Positions 1 to 11,470 are shown, counted from the whole stretch's first letter. The stretch: 63,651 nt of DNA, filler included, from Octopus bimaculoides (GCF_001194135.2; 7 parts of 7 records of this genome joined end to end with filler, not necessarily neighbours in it), one strand, 5' to 3'. Notes: a model not told the origin generated them from the letters alone. Translations and numbers: made by a program.

Positions 1-85
<85 letters not shown>

Positions 86-1003
86 TTTACCCGTCTATCT
101 TCACATCTATTTACTTACCTGCCTACCTATCTACATGGGTAAATGGTAAATGGTAAATTCTAGAATTTTGTGGATAAGAATTTTGCTTCGTCACAAAAAG
201 ATAGTGGTTTAGTTTCTATGCATGCTACACTGGGTGACTGGGTTGGCAGAAACTGCGGAGAAATAGGTGCAATAAATTGTACCAACATTCGCACACTATG
301 ACATACTTATTCTTCTTAAGAATCATTTTAAAAGTGCTGTGGTATACTCAACCCCCAACATTGCATAAGACAATAACAGGGTAATTCCAACGGAATTGAT
401 AGGAGAACCTTGTGAATGATTTTGTTGGATGGAAATTGTAAGAAAGTCTGCCATGGAAACTGTGATGAATTTCCTTTCATGAGAGCATTGACTAAACACT
501 TCACTTTTGGAATTTAAGAAGGCCCCCAGTTCAAGAAATTCATGTTGGAGACGTGAAATTCCTTTCTTACTGACTACTGAATGGAAATTATGCAGAAACT
601 GACCCTATTTGGTTTCAGCTGGAACTGGTCAGAAGGAAATAATTCCATGTCATCTTGAAGGGATTTCACTTCGAAGAATTTCGTTTGGATCTTTTTTCCC
701 ACTACCCTGGCAGATCAAAGCTTTATTCCTACCTTCATTAGTTGAGAGGTTATGTGCCTGTGGTCAACAAGTCTGATGTATTGCCAACATTGTTAAGAAC
801 TTAATAGATGTGAAACCAACGGTAACTTCCTGACTAAATATTACTGCTCAAATTATTTTTGAGTGTGCTTTTTTGAATAACTGACACACACACACACACA
901 AACATGCACATNNNNNNNNNNTCGAAACGTCTAGTTAGAATAGAGGCAGCTGATGAAGGATTAATTCCAAGATTTGTAATAAGTTATACAAATCTTATTA
1001 CAG

Positions 1004-1279
1004 ATTTGTATAACTGTTCAACGACACAGATGTACAGTACACTCAATTATACCAATGCACCAACGACATTAAGTGAGCCCTCCACAAATACAACATATCA
1101 AGCAAGTACAAACGCAACCACAGGCACTCCACTCACGAACTCAACTACTCAAGCTTTACTCACGAACTCAACTACTCAAGCCCCACTCACGAACTCAACT
1201 ACTCAAGCCCCACTCACGAACTCAACTACTCAAGCCCCACTCACGAACTCAACTACTCAAGCCCCACTCACGAACTCAA
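1004..1279 (+). CDS. Mucin-like S/T-rich exon (runs into gap) of a putative polycystin-1-like / adhesion-receptor gene
   Basis: Acceptor ...ttattacag|at (phase 1). Open frame DLYNCSTTQMYSTLNYTNAPTT..., then (LTNSTTQAP)n with an N-x-S/T sequon in every repeat. Confidence 0.7.
1131..1279 (+). repeat. 27-bp coding VNTR (ctcacgaactcaactactcaagcccca), >=5.5 units, truncated by gap
   Basis: Direct tandem copies visible; one unit has ttta instead of ccca. Confidence 0.95.
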
Positions 1280-2114
1280 NNNNNNNNNNNNNNNNNNNNN
1301 NNNNNNNNNNNNNNNNNNNNNNNNNNNNNNNNNNNNNNNNNNNNNNNNNNNNNNNNNNNNNNNNNNNNNNNNNNNNNNNNNNNNNNNNNNNNNNNNNNNN
1401 NNNNNNNNNNNNNNNNNNNNNNNNNNNNNNNNNNNNNNNNNNNNNNNNNNNNNNNNNNNNNNNNNNNNNNNNNNNNNNNNNNNNNNNNNNNNNNNNNNNN
1501 NNNNNNNNNNNNNNNNNNNNNNNNNNNNNNNNNNNNNNNNNNNNNNNNNNNNNNNNNNNNNNNNNNNNNNNNNNNNNNNNNNNNNNNNNNNNNNNNNNNN
1601 NNNNNNNNNNNNNNNNNNNNNNNNNNNNNNNNNNNNNNNNNNNNNNNNNNNNNNNNNNNNNNNNNNNNNNNNNNNNNNNNNNNNNNNNNNNNNNNNNNNN
1701 NNNNNNNNNNNNNNNNNNNNNNNNNNNNNNNNNNNNNNNNNNNNNNNNNNNNNNNNNNNNNNNNNNNNNNNNNNNNNNNNNNNNNNNNNNNNNNNNNNNN
1801 NNNNNNNNNNNNNNNNNNNNNNNNNNNNNNNNNNNNNNNNNNNNNNNNNNNNNNNNNNNNNNNNNNNNNNNNNNNNNNNNNNNNNNNNNNNNNNNNNNNN
1901 NNNNNNNNNNNNNNNNNNNNNNNNNNNNNNNNNNNNNNNNNNNNNNNNNNNNNNNNNNNNNNNNNNNNNNNNNNNNNNNNNNNNNNNNNNNNNNNNNNNN
2001 NNNNNNNNNNNNNNNNNNNNNNNNNNNNNNNNNNNNNNNNNNNNNNNNNNNNNNNNNNNNNNNNNNNNNNNNNNNNNNNNNNNNNNNNNNNNNNNNNNNN
2101 NNNNNNNNNNNNNN

Positions 2115-2153
2115 GAACCTGGGTTCTCACTCCTAAGGTATTTTTCGATGAAC

Positions 2154-2216
<63 letters not shown>

Positions 2217-2254
2217 AACAGCAAAAAATACCTTAGGAATGAGAAGCCAGGTTC
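2115..2254. repeat. 31-bp inverted repeat flanking an (AAT)n tract, PLE-terminus-like
   Basis: 2115-2145 is the reverse complement of 2224-2254 with 2 mismatches. Confidence 0.9.
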
Positions 2255-2268
2255 GAAATTTCCCCAAG

Positions 2269-2312
2269 ACACCTGATGAAGGCTGGAGGGTATATCAGCC
2301 GAAATGTTGTGT
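2269..2312 (+). ncRNA. Minimal type I hammerhead ribozyme-like motif (PLE-associated)
   Basis: ACAC-CTGATGA-A-GGCTG(gagggtatat)CAGCC-GAAA-TGTT-GTGT. Stem I ACAC/GTGT, stem II GGCTG/CAGCC; GAAAC has become GAAAT. Confidence 0.65.
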
Positions 2313-3277
2313 TAACAACAAACCAGATGAGGACAAATATCCATCGAATGTAAATAATGTAAGAAACGGTAAGAGTTTCTCCTATTCGTTCCTTACCATA
2401 TTATCATTCACTTTTTGAATCTCTTTTATTCTTTCACAGGCATGGCTGTGTGGTAAGTAGCTTGCTTACTAAGCATGTGGTACCTTGGGCAAATGTCTTC
2501 TACTATAGCCTTGGGCTGATAAAAAAGCAGCCTTGTGAGGGGATTTGGTAGACAGAAACTGAAAGAAGGCAGCGAGCTGGCAGAAACGTTCTACCATCTA
2601 CCATCTACCATCTACTCCATACAACTGCACCATCTGCCATCTCACATCCCTATCCACTCAGTCATATACCCTCTCCAGGTCCATAAAGGCCTAATACACC
2701 TCCCTTCCTTTCGCCAAAAATGTCTCACACATCTACCTTACTACAAATATTTGATTTGTACACCCCCTTCCACTCCTAAAAACCACACTGTTCCTCCCCT
2801 AGTGCATCCTCTGTCTGGTTCCTCACCCTTACAATCAGAATTGTCCCATACAATTTACCAACCACACACAACAGATCCATACCCCTAAAATTTCCACACT
2901 CATATTTATCTCCTTTTCCTATGTACAGTGGCATTATACAGCCACTGTGTCAGTCCGTTGGTACTCTTCCAACCATATAGCAAACATTCATAAGCCTCAC
3001 GAACCATTTAATCAGTCACTCCTTCCTTTAGGCATTCCACTGTACACTCATCTATAAGAGTAAAAAAATAGTTTACATAAAAACATTTAGATCAGGTAAT
3101 AAAATTTTTTTTTAATGATAAGAAAAAACTAGTTTACATGAATATATCTTGATCAAATAATAGAGTCTTTGACAAGAAGATAAAATAGGTGTATCTTCTT
3201 TCATGAGTCAAGATATAGCTTACATGAAAATATTCAGAGCAGATAATAATGGTAAGAAAATGAAAATTAGTTTACAT

Positions 3278-3430
3278 GGAGTGGCTGTGTGGTAAGTAGC
3301 TTGCTTACCAACCACATGGTTCTGGGTTCAGTCCCACTGCGTGGCACCTTGGGTAAGTGTCTTCTACTATAGCCTCGGGCCGACCAAAGCCTTGTGAGTG
3401 GATTTGGTAGACGGAAACTGAAAGAAGCCC
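3278..3430 (+). mobile_element. tRNA-derived SINE family A, 5' half
   Basis: ggagtggctgtgtggtaag...ggttcagtcccactgcgtggcaccttggg; matches many copies in the window. Confidence 0.85.
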
Positions 3431-4505
3431 TTTGTACATATATATATATATATATATATATACACAATTATTTATTAATTAAAAAATTAGACATCTCTGA
3501 CAGCTGTTTCGATTCCAGACCTTTATAAATTAATTACCATAATTAAGNNNNNNNNNNNNNNNNNNNNNNNNNNNNNNNNNNNNNNNNNNNNNNNNNNNNN
3601 NNNNNNNNNNNNNNNNNNNNNNNNNNNNNNNNNNNNNNNNNNNNNNNNNNNNNNNNNNNNNNNNNNNNNNNNNNNNNNNNNNNNNNNNNNNNNNNNNNNN
3701 NNNNNNNNNNNNNNNNNNNNNNNNNNNNNNNNNNNNNNNNNNNNNNNNNNNNNNNNNNNNNNNNNNNNNNNNNNNNNNNNNNNNNNNNNNNNNNNNNNNN
3801 NNNNNNNNNNNNNNNNNNNNNNNNNNNNNNNNNNNNNNNNNNNNNNNNNNNNNNNNNNNNNNNNNNNNNNNNNNNNNNNNNNNNNNNNNNNNNNNNNNNN
3901 NNNNNNNNNNNNNNNNNNNNNNNNNNNNNNNNNNNNNNNNNNNNNNNNNNNNNNNNNNNNNNNNNNNNNNNNNNNNNNNNNNNNNNNNNNNNNNNNNNNN
4001 NNNNNNNNNNNNNNNNNNNNNNNNNNNNNNNNNNNNNNNNNNNNNNNNNNNNNNNNNNNNNNNNNNNNNNNNNNNNNNNNNNNNNNNNNNNNNNNNNNNN
4101 NNNNNNNNNNNNNNNNNNNNNNNNNNNNNNNNNNNNNNNNNNNNNNNNNNNNNNNNNNNNNNNNNNNNNNNNNNNNNNNNNNNNNNNNNNNNNNNNNNNN
4201 NNNNNNNNNNNNNNNNNNNNNNNNNNNNNNNNNNNNNNNNNNNNNNNNNNNNNNNNNNNNNNNNNNNNNNNNNNNNNNNNNNNNNNNNNNNNNNNNNNNN
4301 NNNNNNNNNNNNNNNNNNNNNNNNNNNNNNNNNNNNNNNNNNNNNNNNNNNNNNNNNNNNNNNNNNNNNNNNNNNNNNNNNNNNNNNNNNNNNNNNNNNN
4401 NNNNNNNNNNNNNNNNNNNNNNNNNNNNNNNNNNNNNNNNNNNNNNNNNNNNNNNNNNNNNNNNNNNNNNNNNNNNNNNNNNNNNNNNNNNNNNNNNNNN
4501 NNNNN

Positions 4506-4644
4506 CCTTGTCTCCGTATTCTTTCTGTTGAAGAGCGTAGCTCGAAACGTCAAAGACTTTCCGTATTCCCGAGCGTCATACTAATATATACTTTTGTTAT
4601 TTACACCACCTGTCCTCGTCTGTTGTTATTATTTGTATATTCTC

Positions 4645-4647
<3 letters not shown>
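4506..4647 (+). mobile_element. Short PLE-like element with hammerhead-like motif (4520-4556), ending in (TA)n
   Basis: TCTTT-CTGTTGA-A-GAGC(gta)GCTC-GAAAC-GTC-AAAGA. Near-identical copy at 25503-25645. Confidence 0.7.
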
Positions 4648-4681
<34 letters not shown>

Positions 4682-4709
4682 ATTATTTATTAATTAAAAA
4701 ATTAGACAT

Positions 4710-4790
4710 CTCTGACAGCTGTTTCGATTCCAGACCTTTATAAATTAATTACCATAATTAAGACCATTTAAAAGTCGAATCCCATCAGAG
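4710..4790 (-). ncRNA. Degenerate hammerhead-like motif on minus strand
   Basis: Minus strand CTGATGG-GATTC...GAATC-GAAAC-AGCT-GTC; palindromic stem III, weak stem I. Confidence 0.45.
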
Positions 4791-4991
4791 TTGCTAAAAA
4801 CAGATGAAATACCACTGAGCATTTCGCCCGGCGTGCTAACAATTCTGCTAGCTCGCCGCCTTAAAAAGGTTACATAAGCAAACATCACATACATACTTGT
4901 CTGATCAATAATTGCGTTACAAACCTTTGTACGTGTAATGTAAGAGATATGATGATCGTGGGAAATGTTGTTTCTTTGTTATTTGTTTCAG

Positions 4992-5076
4992 GAGTTATCA
5001 GAGACTTTTAGGAATGTGGCAGATAAGCTGTTAGAAAGGAATCACACGGAAGACGAATACATTGAAATCCTCAAAG
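4992..5076 (+). CDS. Internal exon of the same receptor gene (ELSETFRNVADKLLERNHTEDEYIEILK)
   Basis: tttgtttcag| acceptor and AAG|gtgatt donor. Only one open frame; it ends in phase 1, matching the next exon. Confidence 0.75.
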
Positions 5077-5189
5077 GTGATTGGTTGATTTAATATTACA
5101 AATTCCACTGACATTGTAAAGGTTGCCTTCATGTGAAGTTTCTTTGTTTCTTCTTCACCATTGTCATCATCACCTCCTCGTCCTCATCC

Positions 5190-5284
5190 TTATCTTCTTC
5201 TTCTTCTTCTTCTTCTTCTTCTTCTTCTTCTTCTTCTTCTTCTTCTTCTTCTTCTTCTTCTTCTTCTTCTTCTTCTTCTTCTTC
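5190..5284. repeat. (TCT)n microsatellite
   Basis: Direct inspection. Confidence 0.95.
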
Positions 5285-5844
5285 TCCTTCTCCTCCTTCT
5301 TCTTCTGAAAACAATCTTCAATTTTTATGCTGATTGAGAGGCCCAGAAAGGAGCATGCCAAAAGTTGAAATTATTGCTGAAGCCTATTCCATGCGAATTT
5401 CAGATTGGTTAGATTCACCGATCACGTGGGCAACATTCCAGCAAATTGCAACATCGAGTGATTGCTAAATATTCCTGCAGCAATAACAAAAATAAAGCTG
5501 ACGTGAATACCAAATATATAGTGTATGTGTTTAATTAGCAAAATATGACCATCTCTACGTATAACAATATATGTTTCAACACACCATTTCCCATCAAGAA
5601 TCTTACAAAATAAGTACATAAACGTAAGGATTAAGTGCTAAAGTTGAAAACGAGATTGCTGGCCTTGAGCCAAAGTAAGAACGAACATTGTTTCAAGATC
5701 AGATATTTTATTAGGAAAGGAAAAGTTATATTCATTTGAATTGATTTATGATATGAAGACCAAACGATGACCATTTTGAGGAAGAGGCAGATGAGATCAG
5801 ACTGGGAGACCTGGGAAGATCTCATTGCTGACCATTGCATTTGG

Positions 5845-6095
5845 CGTGGTGTGGTGGTGGTGGCGGTGTGGTGGTGGTAGCAGTGTGGTGGTGGTAGCAG
5901 TGTGGTGGTGGTAGCAGTGTGGTGGTGGTGGCAGTGTGGTGGTGGTGGTGTAGTGGTGCTGGCAGTGTGGTGGTGGCGGCGGTGTGGTGGTGGTGGTGGT
6001 GGTGTGGTGGTGGTGCTGCTGTTGATGATGATGATTATGACAACGACAACGACGACGACGACGATAATGCTGATGATGATGATGGTGATGTTCAT
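5845..6095. repeat. Compound (GGT)n/(GAT)n/(GAC)n low-complexity tract
   Basis: Direct inspection. Confidence 0.9.
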
Positions 6096-6176
6096 CATGT
6101 TTCTGGGTACTTGTGCCACCAAAATGGGCCTTTATAGTTAGTTTCATTTATCCTATCATTTTGTATTCTTTTACAG

Positions 6177-6223
6177 CTCTATCAAATTTCAACGAAGCAG
6201 TCGAGAATAAGACATCAAATGTT
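6177..6223 (+). CDS. Internal exon ((A)LSNFNEAVENKTSNV)
   Basis: ttgtattcttttacag| acceptor and |gtaagt donor. Phase 1 in, phase 0 out, bridging the flanking exons in frame. Confidence 0.8.
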
Positions 6224-6532
6224 GTAAGTCATCATACATACACTTATATAAATGCATACAACATGCAGCATCGTATGAGTGCACTTATGTTTCGTGGAGT
6301 TAACCTGTTAGGATGTGTTGCCGTCATTGCTTGTCCATTGCTTTGGTATTGTGACACTTCTCTGATCTGCTTGCTAACTCACTGTGGCTGTCTGCTGCCT
6401 TGTGAAGAAAATACGCTAGATATATAAAGAAACTCTTGGTCAAAAGAAAAAAAATAGCATGCCAAAGATGAATCCATTATTAGATTTGGTTCCACAAGAA
6501 ATCTAGAATAGTCAGATAGTTTGATGATGATG

Positions 6533-6795
6533 ATCATCATCATCGTCGTTTAACGTCCGCTTTCCATGCTAGCATGGGTTGGACGATTTGACTGAGGACT
6601 GGTGAAACCAGATGGCTACACCAGGCTCCAATCTGATTTGGCAGAGTTTCTACAGCTGGATGCCCTTCCTAACGCCAATCACTCAGAGAGTATAGTGGGT
6701 GCTTTTACGTGCCACCCGCACGAAGGCCAGTCAGGCGGTACTGGCAACGGCCACGCTCAAAATGGTCGGTACTTGCAACGGCCACGCTCAAAATG
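6533..6795 (-). mobile_element. RTE-LINE-type 3' end with (GAT)n tail
   Basis: Reverse complement of ...aacccatgc(c/t)agcatggaaagcggacgttaaacgatgatg; the same tail follows RT sequence at 38410-38470. Confidence 0.7.
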
Positions 6796-7215
6796 ATGTC
6801 GATAATATTTGAGCAAATCACAACCTTGTTCTTTAGTTATCATTTCACATTGGCAATAGTGATCCAGGTTTGATTTCTAAGTTTTGCGATTGCTAAATAT
6901 TCCTGATAAAGCTAAAACCGTGAGTTTTCTTCCAAGGTTCAATACTAAATTAGTCCTGTGTCTTATACACAATTTATTTGGGTAAAACCACATTGCCCAG
7001 ATTCATGTCTAAGCAGATCTGCACAGTGGAAAATTCATTACAATATCAAACAAGCGTTACTTGCGTATCAAACAGGTGGCAAAGCAATATTGCCAGAAAA
7101 AACAAGATATTTAAATTAACAAAAAAAAAAAAATACAAATACAAATAAAAATATAATTACATTTCTATATGGAGATTGCTTTATTTCATTCTGTTTTCTT
7201 TCTCTTTTTCTTAAG

Positions 7216-7425
7216 AATCTTGTGCCATCAATGTTGAAGACAAGCACTAAAATAATGGAATCAAAGGAACCTGGTAGCGAATTCAATATCACATTAGGCG
7301 GTATGGAAATCGTGAGTAAAAAGACAAAAGAAAATGATTTTGATGCCTTCAATCTGAAGACGGAATCAGGGAGTCTGAATATAATGAAAGAAATACGTGA
7401 AACACATCCAGAATCGATTGTAACG
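7216..7425 (+). CDS. Internal exon (NLVPSMLKTSTKIMESKEPGSEFNITLGGMEIVSKK...HPESIVT)
   Basis: Long polypyrimidine tract ...ttttcttaag|, ACG|gtaaga donor, 70 open codons, phase 0/0. Confidence 0.8.
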
Positions 7426-7447
7426 GTAAGAGAAATGTTGTATGAAG

Positions 7448-7485
<38 letters not shown>

Positions 7486-8906
7486 TATGATAGAAAATAA
7501 AGACAAAAGGAAGAAAAAATACAGGATATATTGTATATAAAGGGTGCAGAGTGTTGCACCGATAACCAGCTGGTGGAGAATCTGCCTAGGGTTAAACTAG
7601 TAGTAACATTCATCTGCCACTTTGATGCTGCGACTGGCTTTGCTGTTTAGTATACGTTACTGCTCTGATCTCTTCTTGATATTTTTTTTACTAACTATTT
7701 TGCAAATATATATATACATATACATATACATATATATATATATATATATATANNNNNNNNNNNNNNNNNNNNNNNNNNNNNNNNNNNNNNNNNNNNNNNN
7801 NNNNNNNNNNNNNNNNNNNNNNNNNNNNNNNNNNNNNNNNNNNNNNNNNNNNNNNNNNNNNNNNNNNNNNNNNNNNNNNNNNNNNNNNNNNNNNNNNNNN
7901 NNNNNNNNNNNNNNNNNNNNNNNNNNNNNNNNNNNNNNNNNNNNNNNNNNNNNNNNNNNNNNNNNNNNNNNNNNNNNNNNNNNNNNNNNNNNNNNNNNNN
8001 NNNNNNNNNNNNNNNNNNNNNNNNNNNNNNNNNNNNNNNNNNNNNNNNNNNNNNNNNNNNNNNNNNNNNNNNNNNNNNNNNNNNNNNNNNNNNNNNNNNN
8101 NNNNNNNNNNNNNNNNNNNNNNNNNNNNNNNNNNNNNNNNNNNNNNNNNNNNNNNNNNNNNNNNNNNNNNNNNNNNNNNNNNNNNNNNNNNNNNNNNNNN
8201 NNNNNNNNNNNNNNNNNNNNNNNNNNNNNNNNNNNNNNNNNNNNNNNNNNNNNNNNNNNNNNNNNNNNNNNNNNNNNNNNNNNNNNNNNNNNNNNNNNNN
8301 NNNNNNNNNNNNNNNNNNNNNNNNNNNNNNNNNNNNNNNNNNNNNNNNNNNNNNNNNNNNNNNNNNNNNNNNNNNNNNNNNNNNNNNNNNNNNNNNNNNN
8401 NNNNNNNNNNNNNNNNNNNNNNNNNNNNNNNNNNNNNNNNNNNNNNNNNNNNNNNNNNNNNNNNNNNNNNNNNNNNNNNNNNNNNNNNNNNNNNNNNNNN
8501 NNNNNNNNNNNNNNNNNNNNNNNNNNNNNNNNNNNNNNNNNNNNNNNNNNNNNNNNNNNNNNNNNNNNNNNNNNNNNNNNNNNNNNNNNNNNNNNNNNNN
8601 NNNNNNNNNNNNNNNNNNNNNNNNNNNNNNNNNNNNNNNNNNNNNNNNNNNNNNNNNNATATTTTATGTTTTATTTATATTCTTATAAAATTAATGTGGG
8701 ATATAGAATGTGGGATATAGAATATGGAATATATAATATAAATAGTAAAATGAAATGAAGTATTGAATGTCTTATTGAATATATGAAATATTGAGTATTA
8801 AATATAGAGTATAAAATATATAAGGACTAGTATACTTTCCTGCCTCATGGCAGTCATCAAGGTCCTGTCTGATATATCTGTCTGTCTGTCTGTTCAATGT
8901 TTACAG

Positions 8907-9381
8907 TTTGTCGGCTACAAAGATGACGTCAAGTTTCATGGTATGAAGAAAGACACTCTCCTTTCTTCAAGTGTTTTTATAAGTATGCAAACCAATGATG
9001 GCGAGGCACTCAAGATTGATGATGACGATGTGAAGTACAAACTCACCTTGAATTGCAAACAGGTGGAATCGCAAAAACAAATCTCGCTTAAACCAGATGA
9101 AGCAAGTGGAAAATATCTTTTAAAAGTGAAGCTAAATAGAATTGGTTTGACGTTTGTGGAAATATCGGAAGTGAATTCAGTTGAAATATGGGGCAAGATT
9201 AATGAGATACCAACAAAGAATAACTACCATTTCTATTACTCTTCTCTTAATGGACAACAGGAACCAATAAAGGTGATCGACCTAGAAGGAATCGATGTGA
9301 AGCAGAATGAAGAAAAGCTGCATATTACAGTGACAGATCAGGCAGAAGGTTCAGAATTATGTCTTGTTATGAGCACCAGAC
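8907..9381 (+). CDS. Large internal exon, polycystin-1-like pre-GPS (GAIN-type) region
   Basis: tgtttacag| acceptor, 158 open codons (FVGYKDD...SSSVFISMQTNDGEALKI...EIWGKINEIPTKNNYHFYY...), probable C|gtaggt donor. Family resemblance judged by eye. Confidence 0.75.
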
Positions 9382-9656
9382 GTAGGTTTATTTTCTTTAT
9401 TTTATTTCACTATATTTTTTTTATCTTTATGAAAGACAGAGTTGGCTGAATCATAACCATTCCATATGTAATGCTTTGCAGTATTTCCTCTGGATTGTTA
9501 TGTTCGGACTTCAAATGCTGCCCACATTGACTCTGCTCTTCATCCTTTCAGGATCGATAAAATAAGAACCAGTTGGACACTGGGGGGGGGGGTCAATGTA
9601 GTTGTTTTCTTCCTCTCCTCAAATTTGCAGCATGTGTGTGCTTGTGCAGATATACG

Positions 9657-9692
<36 letters not shown>

Positions 9693-9984
9693 ATTTATAT
9701 AAGGGCATGGCTACCAATGGTTTCGTGTGAAGAGATCTTCACAATTGTTCAAGCATGTCACAAGGAAATGCTGGTAAACATTTCCCTTTTGGATTGGAAT
9801 ACCATTCAAACACTCATTCTCACTGTTCGATATTAGCGCCTATATATATAATATATATATATAATATGTATGTATATATATATANNNNNNNNNNNNNNNN
9901 NNNNNNNNNNNNNNNNNNNNNNNNNNNNTTAATTAATTAANNNNNNNNNNNNNNNNNNNNNNNNNNNNNNNNNNNNNNNNNNNN

Positions 9985-10025
<41 letters not shown>

Positions 10026-10248
10026 ATCCTCCACCATCACTTGACAACTGTAACTTGTAACTTAGAAGTTTGGCAAAAGTCTGACAGAATAAAGTGCTAG
10101 ACTTTAAGAATAAAAAGTACTGGATCAATTTGCTCGAGTAAACCCTTTAAGGCGATACCCCAGCATGGCCGCAGTCTAATGACTGAAACAATATATATAT
10201 AGATATGAGAGAGAGTGGGTGATAGTGAAAATTAAAATTTAATCAGTA

Positions 10249-10376
10249 TTAATGCATTCTAAATTGTTCACGTGTTTGGTGAGATTGGTAGACATCAATT
10301 ACGTGACCATAGAACCCATTTAATACGAACAAATGCCGCTGGTCACATTCATTGGCATTATGAAGAGAGACTGGGG
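10249..10376 (-). CDS. Candidate terminal exon, unknown product (PVSLHNANECDQRHLFVLNGFYGHVIDVYQSHQTREQFRMH*)
   Basis: Pyrimidine-rich acceptor ttttgtttataacag| in unique sequence; no homology recognised. Confidence 0.3.
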
Positions 10377-10559
10377 CTGTTATAAACAAAAGTATGCAAA
10401 TAAGAACAGTAGGGTTAATAATACAGGAGAAAAGAGTTGAAAGAGAAGGAAAAGAGAGTAGAGTATGAGAGAGAAGAGTGACAGGGTGGGAGGCCTTCTT
10501 TCGTTTAACTTTCCGTCCTTTTCTTTCACCCTCCATATAAAGGTGTCTTACTATTTTTA

Positions 10560-10876
10560 CATTTTACTTGTATCAGTCATTAAACTGTGGCCATGCAAGG
10601 GCACCACCTTGAAAAATTTTAGTCGAACGAATGGACCCCCAATACTTACTTTTTTTTAAAGCCTGGTACTTACTCTATCGGTCTATTTTGTCAAACCACT
10701 AAGTTACTAGTACGTAAACACTCCAACACCGGTTGTCAAGGGGTGGTGGGGGACAGATAGACACAAAGACACACACACATAAGGCGGGCTTCTTTCTGTT
10801 TCCGTCTACCAAATCCACTAACAAGACTTTGGTTGGCCTGAGTCTATAGTAGAAGACATTTGCTCAAGGTGCCATG
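10560..10876 (-). mobile_element. SINE family A
   Basis: Reverse match to the 37121-37500 copy. Confidence 0.8.
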
Positions 10877-10929
10877 TAGTGGGACTGAAGCCGGTAAAAA
10901 AAATTCAGTAAAAAATATCTATTTTCCAG

Positions 10930-10954
10930 AAAGTTATGAAGGAACAAATTCAAG
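10930..10954 (+). CDS. Candidate 25-nt micro-exon ((Q)SYEGTNS)
   Basis: tctattttccag| and AAG|gtgggt. Phase 1 in, phase 2 out, compatible with neighbours. Confidence 0.3.
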
Positions 10955-11186
10955 GTGGGTGATTTATCCGAAAACCCAATGACAAAAACTTTTAATATCA
11001 AATTCTGATCAAATTGTAATTTACTCTATCTGTCTGTCTGTGTTGTGTGTGTATATATGTATTGTGTGTGTATGTGTGCAGAAAGAAATATAGATGGACA
11101 AAGAAAGGTAGAAAAGATTAAAAAAAAAATATCAAAGGAAAAGAGAAAGAAATGAGATATTGTTGTAACCTGTTGTTAATAAACAG

Positions 11187-11229
11187 AAGTGGAGGGAGGT
11201 TCAACAGAGATTCTTCAGGTCATACAGAG
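11187..11229 (+). CDS. Candidate 43-nt exon ((R)SGGRFNRDSSGHTE)
   Basis: taataaacag| and GAG|gtgagc. Phase 2 in, phase 0 out. Confidence 0.3.
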
Positions 11230-11426
11230 GTGAGCACCTTGAAAACAAGAGAGAGTTGGCTACAGTGTCTCCCACCCTCAGCTCAGGTATCAACCAAACT
11301 ATTTCTCTATTCACCTTGATTCATCCAACCCGGACATAAAATCAGCCTCCTCAAATGATTAGTTATCGCTACAGCAGCCAGATTTGTGTGTAATCTATCA
11401 TCTGCCTGTCTGTCTGTTTAATTGTG

Positions 11427-11470
<44 letters not shown>

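Noticed and set aside
922-970. GAAACGTC ... CTGATGAAGG as a permuted (type II) hammerhead
   Set aside because: Stem I cannot be formed and the 5' side is cut by a gap; treated as a PLE-terminus remnant only.
3461-4762. Identical 87-bp sequence on both sides of a gap (3461-3547 and 4676-4762)
   Set aside because: 100% identity at a contig end is most simply an unmerged overlap or haplotig artefact.
5123-6147. Poly-S/E/K/F/H/T ORFs in the ORF track
   Set aside because: Translations of trinucleotide microsatellites in an intron; the same applies to all YIYI/THTH/CVCV and X-filled ORFs.
9929-9940. TTAATTAATTAA islands inside N runs (also 20195, 27764, 34915, 59373, 62419)
   Set aside because: Identical palindromic 12-mer with stops in all six frames, always centred in Ns: a scaffolding linker, not biology.
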